DNA from: Octopus bimaculoides
Taxonomy: Eukaryota
Assembly: GCF_001194135.2 (NCBI RefSeq)
Contig: NC_068982.1
Coordinates: 26,185,214-26,249,213, forward strand
Length of the DNA: 64,000 bases
Direction of reading: 5' to 3'
Both the position numbers and the translations under genes were made by a program. Of the stretch, positions 53,565 to 64,000 are shown one piece after another (the first letter of the stretch is position 1; the number at the start of each line of letters is the position of its first letter). The notes below the pieces were generated by a model. That model did not search any database. It was given only the letters and a program-made list of their open reading frames with translations, and had not been told where the DNA came from.

Positions 53565-53729
53565 CTAACACAGACATTGATCAACCGAAAAAATATATGA
53601 TATAGGGTCGACAGAAATTTATGTAGAAACACTTCAGATGGATTTCATGGTGATAAACCTCGTCAATATATCAGTTTAGCATCACCATCTGCTCCCAAGC
53701 GTATTTTGTCCTTTTGTGGAACCGAGTAT

Positions 53730-53797
53730 GTTACGAGCATTCGGGCCTGTTACGAGCATTCGGGCCTGTTACGAGCATTCGGGCCTGTTACGAGCAT
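53730..53797. repeat. 19-bp minisatellite, about 3.6 identical copies
   Basis: Unit GTTACGAGCATTCGGGCCT. Confidence 0.95.
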
Positions 53798-54019
53798 CCA
53801 GCACAATTCGATATTTCAATGCGCAGCTCCACACTGCAGCAACCCCAAAAGTTTGCAGTTTCTTCTTCCCTTACCCTCGAACCTGACAGATGATATGGAA
53901 CCTGATAGATGTCATGTGTACTGCTTTCTTTTTCTGAGTTAGCCTTTACAAAAACAGTATATTTTCTGACGAGAGTGGTATCAAATGAAATGGTGCAGTT
54001 TAAGTTGAGTCACACAATA

Positions 54020-55600
54020 CGCACGCAAAACCACCGAGACAAAACGTTGCTGAAACTTAGTAACTTATAAACTTCAATTATTTGCGAGCGGAAAAAGGCG
54101 AGCTTCAGGAAGCAGCAGCAAGAAACAACGACATTGGCTAGTCGTTTAAGATGCCCGCAGAGCCCGTGCCGCCCCCAGTTCAAGACAGCCCTGGTGAACG
54201 ATACCAATGGCAACGTCATCCGCATAGAAATCGCCTACTTCGAACGCTGGAATGAACACTTCAGCCTTCGCCTCCATCACCTACCTGTTTCAATCGATCC
54301 CAGCCCAACCATCACTGCAGACACAGTCACAACCGACGACACCTGCAGATTTGATCCTGTTACTTCCGAGGAAGTAAGTGCTGTCCTGAAGAAGCTCAAC
54401 AACCGCAAAGATCCTGGAATCTGCATTATAACTGCGGAGATGTTGACAATGGGCCGAGAAAACATGATCCAGTGGCATGTTTGCAGCAGCCACAGGAGTA
54501 TCACCCTCCTTCAAGGCAAGCTCTTCACTACGATCCTCCCCAATCATGCTCTTCCTGCCATTAAAAGCAGGTGCCGCCCATAACAAACCAGATTAATGCC
54601 AAATCGATCTACCACTGACCATATTTTTGCCCTTCGTCTCATTACTGAGAGATCTCGGGAGTTCTACAAAAATCACCACTTCTACACTGCCTTCGTCGAC
54701 CTCAAGGTATCTTTCGACACGGTTGACCAAGATCTCCGCCCAGTTCTATAGCAGTGCTGAGAGCTGTGTGTGGGTAAACAGGAGGATTTTATCTGGTTCC
54801 TCATCAACAGCGGGGTTAGACAGGGCTGCGTGGCCACCGCCGACCTCTTCGAATGCGTCTTCGATTATCTGATGGCAAAGGTCTGTGAGCGAGTCTCTGA
54901 CGTTACCTTATAGAAATACCACTTTACCGTTCTGGAATATGCCAACAATACCACCCTCGATCGACCAACTCGGTGACGCACTGATCATTTACAGAGAGAA
55001 GAATCAGCAAAGTTTTGTCTTTATGTGAGCTGGTTGAAGACTAAGCTGATGCATGTCGGAGATAGGCTGGACTCTCCCTTGTCCATATTGGCTCGGATGT
55101 CATGAAGTTCTTCAACATGGGCTAAACAGTCACCAACAATCGAGAACTGACCCCGGAGATCAATCTTGCATGTGGTCTGAAAACCATCGAGAGCATCAGA
55201 TGTTGCCATCATGTTTCCAACAAAGAACTGCGTGAGCGCACGCACCAGCCGGCAGCCTTCCATCTCTCAGCAATCCGTTGCATGCACTGTTACGGACATG
55301 TCCTCCATCTTCCGCTAGATCATCCTGCCAAGATTTTATTCTCATTTGACGCAACATCTGCGGGCTGGAAGAAGCCTAATGACAGACTCTGCACCAAATG
55401 GCTTGACGTGACTGGGAAAGATATTCAGAGGCTCAACGTCACCTTGGAGAATGCAGAGGAGCTGGCATGTGACCGTTAGCGATAGAGAGCACTGGTGGAC
55501 CTGGTCGGCTCTACGTGTGATAACACCTCTGGGACCACTAACTTGGAATGACCCCAGTCACATCAAACAAATGCATGAAGCCAAATCAGCCAAGTATTTG
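54020..55600 (+). mobile_element. RTE-like LINE, internally deleted and decayed
   Basis: ERWNEHF, VTSEEVSAVLKKLNNRKDPGICIITAEML, RSTTDHIFALRLITE, AFVDLKVSFDTV, GVRQGCV, LEYANN and YGHVLHLPLDHPAK. Confidence 0.9.
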
Positions 55601-55678
55601 TCTGTGTTGTCCCTACACACTCCATTGATTAATCTGAGTTGATTTTTTTCTCATTATTGTTTAATTTATGGAACTTAC

Positions 55679-55952
55679 CTAGACCTTAGATGGCTTCTAT
55701 TCCTTTTGCATATGTGTCTGTTTTCTGGCTGCTGGAGATAGATTAGGACAATTGTTGTGTTGATGATGCCGAATGAAGCTGAAAGCGCATCCACGAGTAT
55801 CTGCTTATATCCAGCCAATAAATTTGTTCTTTTCCATAATGGCATATTCTTTTTCTTGATGGCAACTTTCGATAATTCTTGATGCGTCAGATTATCTTCA
55901 CTTTTCCTATGGAGCCGTTTTCTTTTGTTGTTTGGTAACTGCAACACATCAT
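55679..55952 (-). CDS. Probable internal exon of an unidentified host gene (274 nt, phase 1-2)
   Basis: Strong acceptor ttacttcttcctctag| and strong donor CTAG|gtaagt. Only one frame is open end to end: DVLQLPNNKRKRLHRKSEDNLTHQELSKVAIKKKNMPLWKRTNLLAGYKQILVDALSASFGIINTTIVLIYLQQPENRHICKRNRSHLRS. No TE motif seen. Confidence 0.5.
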
Positions 55953-56077
55953 CTAGAGGAAGAAGTAATTTAATAAACGAAGAATTTATGTTGTACGATA
56001 TTTTATGTACCTACATTTGCCTACGTTGTTTATGCATGCACTGATCACTTCGGGTTAACTTTCTTAGCTCATTTGTG

Positions 56078-56204
<127 letters not shown>

Positions 56205-56672
56205 CGATACGGAGCAAATAATTCACGAGAAGAAAAAATAATCCACGAAAAAATAACTTGCGAAGATATCATTCACACTATTATTATCTAGTGTAACAAT
56301 TTAAAATTGATAATAACAGAATCAATAATATAGGTGATTGCAGGCCTGAAAAAAGCATTGAATAGCTGAAGGATTAAAATTATTTGCCCAAATACACTGA
56401 TAATAACTACAGAAATCAACCGTCCGAGGGCAAACGGGATAAAGCAATCTCTCAGCATATATTCAAGTATTTGGACTCACGTGGACTGGTTTTTGGACCA
56501 GCACAACAGCCTCACCTTCCTCAGCACGCGTTACCATGATAGAGAGCCCTAACCCGTCATATATATATATAGTTAATCCAAAAAACGAAGGAAAAAACTA
56601 AGAAAAAACAACAACGCGAGGACGTGGTACATGCAAAGTATTAAAAGACGCTTAGGGAAGGAAAGAAAGGGT

Positions 56673-56707
56673 GTTTTACGTTTCGAGAAAAGCTCTTATT
56701 CAGAAAC
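56673..56707 (-). ncRNA. Ultra-minimal hammerhead-like motif in a short repeat (about 56600-56765)
   Basis: Reverse complement reads GTTT-CTGAATA-AGAG-CTTTT-CTC-GAAA-CG-TA-AAAC. Same architecture as the 30631 motif but different stems; G8 is mutated. Confidence 0.45.
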
Positions 56708-56762
56708 AGGTGACAGAGGAAGGTCCAAAAGAAAAGGAAGACGGAGGGGAAAAATTTTGAAA

Positions 56763-56814
<52 letters not shown>

Positions 56815-57128
56815 TGATGAACGCTCCCGTCGAAGACGACGTATGAGTGTTCACAAGGAAGACAGTGACAGAAGAATCCAACCATCCTACCAAATAGACA
56901 GTCAACAGCACATCCACATTACGACTACCATTTACCAATGTTTACAATTCATTCAGTTCATCTGGAGGCCCATCATGTGAGACCTAAACTAACAAAAGTA
57001 ATATGGATATAAATGTGAGCATTAATATGACTTATTAAACCAGCTCGTGATCTAGCTGAGAAATTACAATGCGCACAAGTTTGATTTGCGTGAAGACTGT
57101 TGTTCTGTTGGTTTCTTCTTCTGTTTAC

Positions 57129-57183
57129 CCATTACTGCTCTTGATTTTGTCCCCTGTACTCTATGAATTTCAAAATTCTGAAG
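57129..57183 (-). CDS. Candidate exon upstream of 55679-55952 (55 nt, phase 0-1)
   Basis: Acceptor gctttttccag|, donor ATGG|gtaaac, frame LQNFEIHRVQGTKSRAVM+G. It splices in frame to give ...AVM-D-DVLQLP. Confidence 0.3.
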
Positions 57184-57207
57184 CTGGAAAAAGCAGTCCC
57201 TCCTCCA

Positions 57208-57248
<41 letters not shown>

Positions 57249-57424
57249 TCATTCTATATGAATTCAACCAAAGTTAAAAAAAGATTTGCACGTGACCAAC
57301 TCAGATTTGGCTCAAATTCTTTTGGGTAATACTTCTATGTACATAGTGAACACATGCATAACTTTAGGGTCGAACTGCTAAGGGTTTCAAAGATATGCTT
57401 CCTCTTACCCTAGAAAAACAATTG

Positions 57425-57525
57425 AGTATTTCACTGGTACTTAATTTATCGACCCCGATAGGATGAAAGTCAAAGTCAACCTTTTGAACTCAGAATGTAG
57501 CGACGTGCGAAATATCGTTATGAAC
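57425..57525 (-). mobile_element. SINE family 1 fragment
   Basis: actggtacttaatttatcgaccccgataggatgaaagtcaaagtc...tgaactcagaatgt. Confidence 0.75.
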
Positions 57526-57803
57526 ATAATATGTTCTTGTAGTCCAGAGAGCCTAATTGTAGCAGCCTAGCATCAAGCGATAGAAACAAAAAAAAATTGA
57601 GGAAAAATGTAAATGAAGAAGATGCGTCAGAAAAATGTAGGCATGACCGTGTTGTAAAAGCTTTACACCGGAAGCCTTGACAGCAATGGAGATTTGAAGC
57701 TGGAGGCACATGGTATGAAGATCGAGTTGAAAGAGTACTGGAGTCGGAGAATTGTAAGATTTTGTGGGACTTTCCTATTCAAGCGGACAAGAAGCTAGAA
57801 AAT

Positions 57804-58677
57804 TGTTGTAATCCTTAAATTATTGGATTATTAATAACGCCCTCTTTAGTATACAGTATACTTAGTAAAACTAGTAAAGACCCGATTATCTTTGACCGCC
57901 CACTACGTACTATGTTACTTCACGTATTTATCTTTTCTTTTATTGACTAGGTTATTCCATTCGTTACGCCGGAAAGGGTGTACCATTATTACTAATTCCC
58001 TACAAGATCTTCCCTTTTAAGTTTTTCATAGGAAGTGTCATTTTATTTAGCAATGATTTTATTCATCCCCACTTCCGTTGTTTGAGTTTTTTTCATACAA
58101 TTTAATATTTTTTTGCGCTTGACATCTGTTTTCAGGAACTCTGTATGTTTTCTTATCCTCTCACTTGTTCGTTTGAGTTCAATCACCTGCAGTGGTGTTG
58201 GTACTTGGAACGTATCGTACAACCATTCCATCGTTTCCTCCAACGTCTTTGGTTCGATTTCCACTAATCTCATGTCAGTGTTTGCAACTCAAGCAAACCG
58301 GCCAAATTTTCCATAATTTTACGATTGTTTTTTTCATAAAATTCATACAACAAAACTTTGTGAGTTTGTTAACTTCTTGTGAGTTGTTAATTCCTCATCG
58401 AGTTTATTTGTCAGTTGTTTAAATCCTCACCGAGTTTATTAATTCCGCGTGAGTTGTTTAAATCCTCATCGCCACTGTTATAATCCCTATAATGTTGGAT
58501 TATTAATAACGCCCACATCGGTATACAGCATACTTAGTAAAACCAGTAAAGACAAACTATGTCTGATCACCTAATACGTACCCTGGTACTTCGCGTACGT
58601 CTCTTTACTTATAGTGACTAGGTTATTCCATTCGTCACGTGGGAGGGGTGTACCACTATTACTAATTCCCTACAACA
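57804..58677 (-). mobile_element. Miniature LTR retroelement (TRIM-like), 874 bp
   Basis: Direct repeats at 57804-58007 and 58476-58677 with TG...CA-type ends. PBS TGGCGATGAGGAT (58462-58474, minus) lies next to the 5' LTR, and the purine tract AAAAGGGAAGA directly precedes the 3' LTR. Confidence 0.85.
58043..58273 (-). CDS. Short internal ORF of the mini-LTR element, possible gag remnant
   Basis: MRLVEIEPKTLEETMEWLYDTFQVP..., 76 aa, on the element's sense strand. The gag assignment is an inference. Confidence 0.3.
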   Translation of the reverse strand: MRLVEIEPKTLEETMEWLYDTFQVPTPLQVIELKRTSERIRKHTEFLKTDVKRKKILNCMKKTQTTEVGMNKIIAK

Positions 58678-58984
58678 AAAAAAAACAATAGAGCAGACTT
58701 AACAATAATTGATAAGGAAAAGTGAAGTTATTTATTAATTGACCCATCATGTCCGTTTGATTCCAGGATCATAAAGAAAGAAGACGAAAAACAATAACAA
58801 AAAAATACAATCCCTTAAAATTTGAAATTGCAAGAACTTGGAATATGAAAATTGTAAAGGTTGTGCCTATAATAAATGGTGCATTGGGAACTGTAGGTAA
58901 AGATATAGACAAATAATTTCAGCTAATGATGTTGATATTACAAATATCAACTACCTTTACTATGTATCCGCGAAAATTTCAACT

Positions 58985-59945
58985 ATTCTATGGGTGAAAA
59001 GATTAGAAGAAGACAACATTCCCACAAAATGCCTACTTAGTATTCAGCACCAAATTCAGCTACTTAGGTCTGACATAGAATGTTTAAAAAACCTTAAGTT
59101 TGACAAGACTATTAAACCAACAAAAATCCGAAAATTTAAGAACAAAATATGAAAACTATACTTGGCATCGATACCACCATACAAACTATCAAGCAAATGG
59201 CATGTGCTAAAGCTGCCCGCAAAGCAAGATATGAAAAGTGTGTTTGATTCTTAAATGACATATTCAAAAATAACTCAAAAACCTTTTTATAGGAAGATAG
59301 GGAAAATACCAGTTATTGTATATAGAACGACTTTACCTGCCAAGAAAGGAGGGTGACCGTGGACTTTTACAACTGGAATTAACCATGTAGATTGTCACAA
59401 TTGGCCTAAACACCTACCGGAGAAACTCTGATGACTGGATGTTAAAACTTGTCTCAAAGCATGAAAACAAGAATGCATCATAGTTAGTAACAAAACAAGC
59501 CAAGGACTATCTAAGTGAATTCCAAATACAACAAATCCCAGAATTAGACGTCCTGCAAACAAGCACAGAAAAAGCTAAGCGTATCACAACCCTTGCTAAA
59601 ACTGCTGCCTTAGACATTCTTACTGATAAATGGCAAGAAAAACCTCTCAATGGCAAATATCCAAAGAGAGTTAATAGTGCTATGTCGACAAAGCCCTTAC
59701 CCATCAATGGTTAGTGTCTTCTAGCTTAAAGTCAGAAACAGAAGGGTTTATCACAGCAGCCCAAGATCAATGCCTATCTACAAGGAGCTACCAGGCCAAC
59801 ATATTAAAGATCGGCAGTAGCCCAACGTGTCGTCTATGTCAATAACAAAATGAAACCATTAATGTTGTTGTCTCAATGTGCAGCCTTCTTGCGCCTACAG
59901 AGTATCTCCACAGACATGATAGAGCAGTACAGTATATTCACTGGG
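58985..59945 (+). mobile_element. Internally deleted R4/Dong-like LINE
   Basis: N-terminal KARYEKCV..NDIFKNNSKTFYRKIG joined to RLYLPRKKG, WQEKPLNGKYP, LKSETEGFITAAQDQCL and CRLC..NETI...EYLHRHD. Confidence 0.85.
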
Positions 59946-59954
59946 TAATTTGCA

Positions 59955-60726
59955 AAAACCTGTACCCACCCCATGATAAGTGATTTAAAACCGGAAACGG
60001 TTTTAATGCTTGCCCAAGAGCAAACATTTAGAACCGATTATATCAAATGCAGAATAGACGACATATGAGAAAGTGGTAAGTGCAGAACTTGTGGACAAAA
60101 TGGTGAAATCTTACAGCATATTACCAGGCAATGCACGCACCTAGCCCAGAAAAAATATAAGAGACGTCATCACAATACAACAAGGATTTTCTATTGAACA
60201 CTTTGCAACAAGTATGGGTTTGACAGAGCAAAAAAGTGGTACGAACATAAGCCCAAAGGCATCATTGAAAACGATAATGCAAAGATCCTATGGGATTGTA
60301 TGATTCAGTGCAACCATGAGACAAAGAATAGGAAACTAGGAATATTCTTAATTGAGAAAGAAAGCAAATGATGCTAGATCATAGATATAGCATGCTCAGC
60401 TGACAACAAGGTATGCGATAAAGAAAAAGGAAAAGTCGATAGATATAATAGGTTAGCTTGAGAGGTTAAGCAGCTGTGGTCGCTGGAAAAGGTGGTAGTA
60501 GTAACCAATAATTGTCGGAGCCCTGGAAACAGTGAATAAAATTCTTGAGAAGTACATGGAACAAGTAGGGGCTGCAATACGGATGGAGCACTTGCAGAAG
60601 ACTACAGCTTGAAACCACTCGAATGCTTCGGATGGTGACCGAAATATAAGGGGTGTTACCTTAGTTCACTGGTAGTGAACAGCTGACATCGTAGTACATC
60701 TCCAGCGTTAGAAGCTATGCCATGAC

Positions 60727-60803
<77 letters not shown>
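59955..60803 (+). mobile_element. R4/Dong-like LINE 3' end with (AAT)n tail (60727-60803)
   Basis: LAQEQ, CRTCGQNGEILQHITRQC...YKRRH, WYEHKPKGIIENDNAKILWD, IIDIAC and PIIVGAL, followed by the 3' UTR and tail. Confidence 0.9.
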
Positions 60804-60804
<1 letters not shown>

Positions 60805-60968
60805 CATTTCTACTATAGGCAAAACGCCTGAAATTTGGGGGAGGGAGATAGTCGATTATATCGATCCCAGTGTTCAACTGGTACTTGATTTATCGACCCC
60901 GAAAGGATGAAAGGCACAGTCGACCTCGCGGAATTTGACCTCAGAACATGGCGATGACCGATATCCCG
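60804..60968 (-). mobile_element. SINE family 1, head missing
   Basis: gtcgattatatcgatcccagtgttcaactggtacttgatttatcgaccccgaaaggatgaaaggc. Confidence 0.85.
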
Positions 60969-61457
60969 CTATTATTATTATTATTGTTATTATTATTATT
61001 GTTATTATTATTATTACAACAACAATAATAACGGCGTCTAATCTTAACTGATTGAAAGTGTTATCATGTGCATTGTTTTGTCTTGGTATAAACGATGGGC
61101 TACAACAAATATTCTGCTTAATACCACAGATATGCTTGTCAGTTGTGTGACCACAACCAGTTGAATATGTCCCTTAGTAGCTGATAATATGCGCTTTTCT
61201 GATCAGAACAGAAGTAGTTGGGGTGCATCGTAGCCATGTATTGAAGGGAAATTTTTGGGGGTTTGAAGAACTTACCTTTAGAAACATGAGTGTTTCGTTC
61301 ATCTGTATATCTTGATATGAGATCACCATGTCGCGCACATATGGTTGTGATGCATTTGCCTGGTGCATCTTTATCAGACGGGTAGTCTTGATGGGTATAA
61401 TGGGCTTCGTATATTTTTACTCCAGTATCACTTTGAAGGCAGGCCCTTCATCTCTCA

Positions 61458-61581
<124 letters not shown>

Positions 61582-62363
61582 ATACGGGCAACAAGGGATA
61601 AGTTAAAATTGTAAGGGAAGGTATATATAATTGATACTTTGTAGATCTTGAGCGTTATATAAATTCAAAACGTCATCGGATACTTATAGAATATAGTTAC
61701 AACTAGAACAATTTTGAGGATTGCCTGCTTCAGTGAAGTCATTGCATTGCAGACCAATTACGTTTCATTGTAACGTACTTAACAGTACTGAGGTTGAGTA
61801 AATCCTGCTTAAAATTAATTCTTTTGAATTTTTCAAGCAAAATAATTCCATTAGCTAAAAATAGATAAAAGACAATAGTTAATACAATCATATTGATCTC
61901 AAAATTTATCAAGGTCTACAAGTAATACTTATACTTATTTATATAATGTTTCTAGAGATAAGTTTTATTTTAATATTTATTATCTAATTACTTTTTCATC
62001 TATTTTCTTGTCTTCTATTCTTTGTTTGCTATAAAAAGAAAAGAAATGACAGCAATTATTAAAAGAAACGAAATCTGTGCCATATATTTCCTGGATTTAA
62101 AATTTCCCGGAATTGATTGGAGACAAGACTGACTTAACAGGAACTAAAGTTGTTTCGATTTTGGTTATCCATTAGCTAAGATTGAAATTGTTTAGACAGT
62201 TATTTAGCTTAAACAATGAACATTAGCTTAACAATAAAGATTAGCTCAACAATAACAAAGCCCATTTCTGCAAAGAATGTATATGTATGTATGTATGTAT
62301 GTATGTATGCATGTATGTATGTATGTATGTATGTATTATGTGTTTGTCTATCTATCTATATAA

Positions 62364-62430
<67 letters not shown>

Positions 62431-62503
62431 ACTATCTATCTATCTCTCTCTCTATATATATATACGCACAAACATAATACATATATATATGTATGTATAT
62501 GTA

Positions 62504-62537
<34 letters not shown>

Positions 62538-62704
62538 CACACACACAAAACGCACACATGTACATATATGTACATATAATTGCATAATGTATTATATAAA
62601 TACAGGCATTCACGTACACACATATATATATACATACATACTTCTATATACTATCAGAGGTACTGGCGCTGCCGAGTATAGCAGCAAAGAAACCACAGAC
62701 AAAG

Positions 62705-63058
62705 GAGCGTGATTCGAGAGAAATTTGACTGCTATATTGAATATGTCTGGATACCACACAGAATTCTTGCTATACACACATGCCAGGCCGTATGGTATAG
62801 TTTGAGGAAAATTTGGCTGCTGTTTCCGTTATTCTGTGAAATGAGGTGAAATCTATCTCATCGATTTATTCATAATTTTATACATATACAGATCAGCTAG
62901 GGTGCGATTTGAGTGAAATTTTGAGCAGATATTTCTATTACATTTGGCTACAATATAGTAGCCTGTATATAATAGAATTTAATTTGTGATTTGAAAGTAG
63001 TCGATTTGAGAGAAATTTGGTTGCTATTTCTGTCAAGTCAAGTTACCACACGGAAAAC
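62705..63058 (+). repeat. Degenerate tandem array with a period of about 95-100 bp, four units
   Basis: The motif gatttgagagaaatttgg(c/t)tgctat recurs near 62710, 62800, 62905 and 63002. Confidence 0.5.
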
Positions 63059-63199
63059 TAACATACAGGCTCGTACACACATACATACACATACACACAT
63101 ATAATTGTTTTCTATTATATGCAGCAAAGGAATACTCCAAAGAACTTTAAGGATGCTTTCATCAATTAAAAAACAATGGCAGTAACGTGATTTGTGGTA

Positions 63200-63505
63200 A
63201 CTATCGCAATATCTTCTTTGGACAAATCGGAAGTTTGAAGACGCAGTCGAAATGCAATGGTAGTTGAGGAGAGAGTTTCAAACAGATCCCCCGACACGAC
63301 TTGTCATAAGTCGAATTTGACATAAGTTTGAGGTAGATCAAACTGTTCAGGATGTCCACAAGAAACATTTCAGACGACTGCGAACATCGACGAGCCCCAC
63401 GAAGCAAGAAAGGGTACTAGAAATGTATTTCCAGAGTTCAAGAAAATATGTACATCAGGCGAGTCGTGCGATACAAATTTGAAAACCAAGTATCTATCGC
63501 ATTTT
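63200..63505 (+). mobile_element. Tc1/mariner-like transposase N-terminal (HTH) fragment
   Basis: Stitched frames read RKFEDAVEMQW*LRREFQTDP..RLVISRI*HKFEVDQTVQDVHKK..RRLRTSTSPTKQERVLE..QSSRKYVHQASRAIQI*KPSIYRILK. Confidence 0.75.
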
Positions 63506-64000
63506 GAAAACGCTCACACATACGTACATACATACATACATATATACATACATACATACGTACGTACGTAGATACATACATACATACATACATACATACA
63601 TACATACATACATACATACATTCATACATACATACATATGCAACCATATTATCACGTATCCTTAAATATCGCTGGTCACACTTCGTTTCCAGTCTTACTT
63701 TGTTTGATCCTATTTCTTTCATTTAGTCCTGAATTATTTGACCATGTCTTCTGATTGCTTTGAAGGTCCCCTTGTTGTGCTCTCCGATCTCACAAATAAT
63801 ACTGGACAGCTGCGTAAGTTTACTTGCTTGTTGCCTGTGAATCTTGCGAACTGTCTTAGCTCAGTTGAATTTGTGCTTTCGTGATTATGTTCTGACATCG
63901 TTTGCTCCATTGCATTCTCGAATAACCACATTTCGGATATTTTCCTGCAATGTTCACTCTTTCTAAGTTGTATTTTCGTATATGATTGCTTGTAGGATGG

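Larger units (their letters stand above)
57610..58960 (+). mobile_element. R4/Dong-like LINE endonuclease fragment split by an LTR element
   Basis: Left part RHDRVVKALH...WYEDRVERVLESENCKILWDFPIQADKKLE continues after the insertion as NNRADLTIIDKEK..LIDPSCPFDSRI...VVPIINGALGTV. Confidence 0.85.

Noticed and set aside
53730-53797. CRISPR-like or iteron-like repeat
   Set aside because: Units are contiguous with no spacers, the context is eukaryotic and there are no cas genes; it is a minisatellite.
63640-64000. GC-balanced unique-looking segment after (CATA)n at the window end
   Set aside because: No frame gives a recognisable motif and it is truncated by the window edge; left unclassified.

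Overview
Eukaryotic, AT-rich, repeat-dense genomic DNA. It is most likely from a cephalopod (Octopus-type SINEs and very high microsatellite density; this is an inference). Ten assembly gaps total about 4.4 kb, and most ORFs in the supplied track are artefacts of N-runs or microsatellites. The window is a mosaic of decayed transposable elements: three Tc1/mariner remnants, a HERO-like REL-bearing LINE, several R4/Dong-like LINE fragments, three RTE-like LINE fragments, one CR1-like LINE fragment, many tRNA-derived SINEs and a few MITE-like pieces. Three observations stand out. (1) Penelope-like-element (PLE) structures with inverted terminal repeats carry hammerhead-ribozyme motifs of at least three architectures. 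(2) A compact 874-bp LTR element (TRIM-like), with a tRNA-Ser-type PBS, a PPT and a short ORF, is inserted inside a Dong-like LINE. (3) A well-bounded 274-nt minus-strand open exon at 55679-55952, plus weaker phase-compatible candidates, hints at an unidentified host gene with very long introns. No complete host gene, tRNA/rRNA gene or CRISPR array can be supported. All alignments were done by eye, so TE boundaries are approximate (tens of bp) unless exact motifs are quoted.
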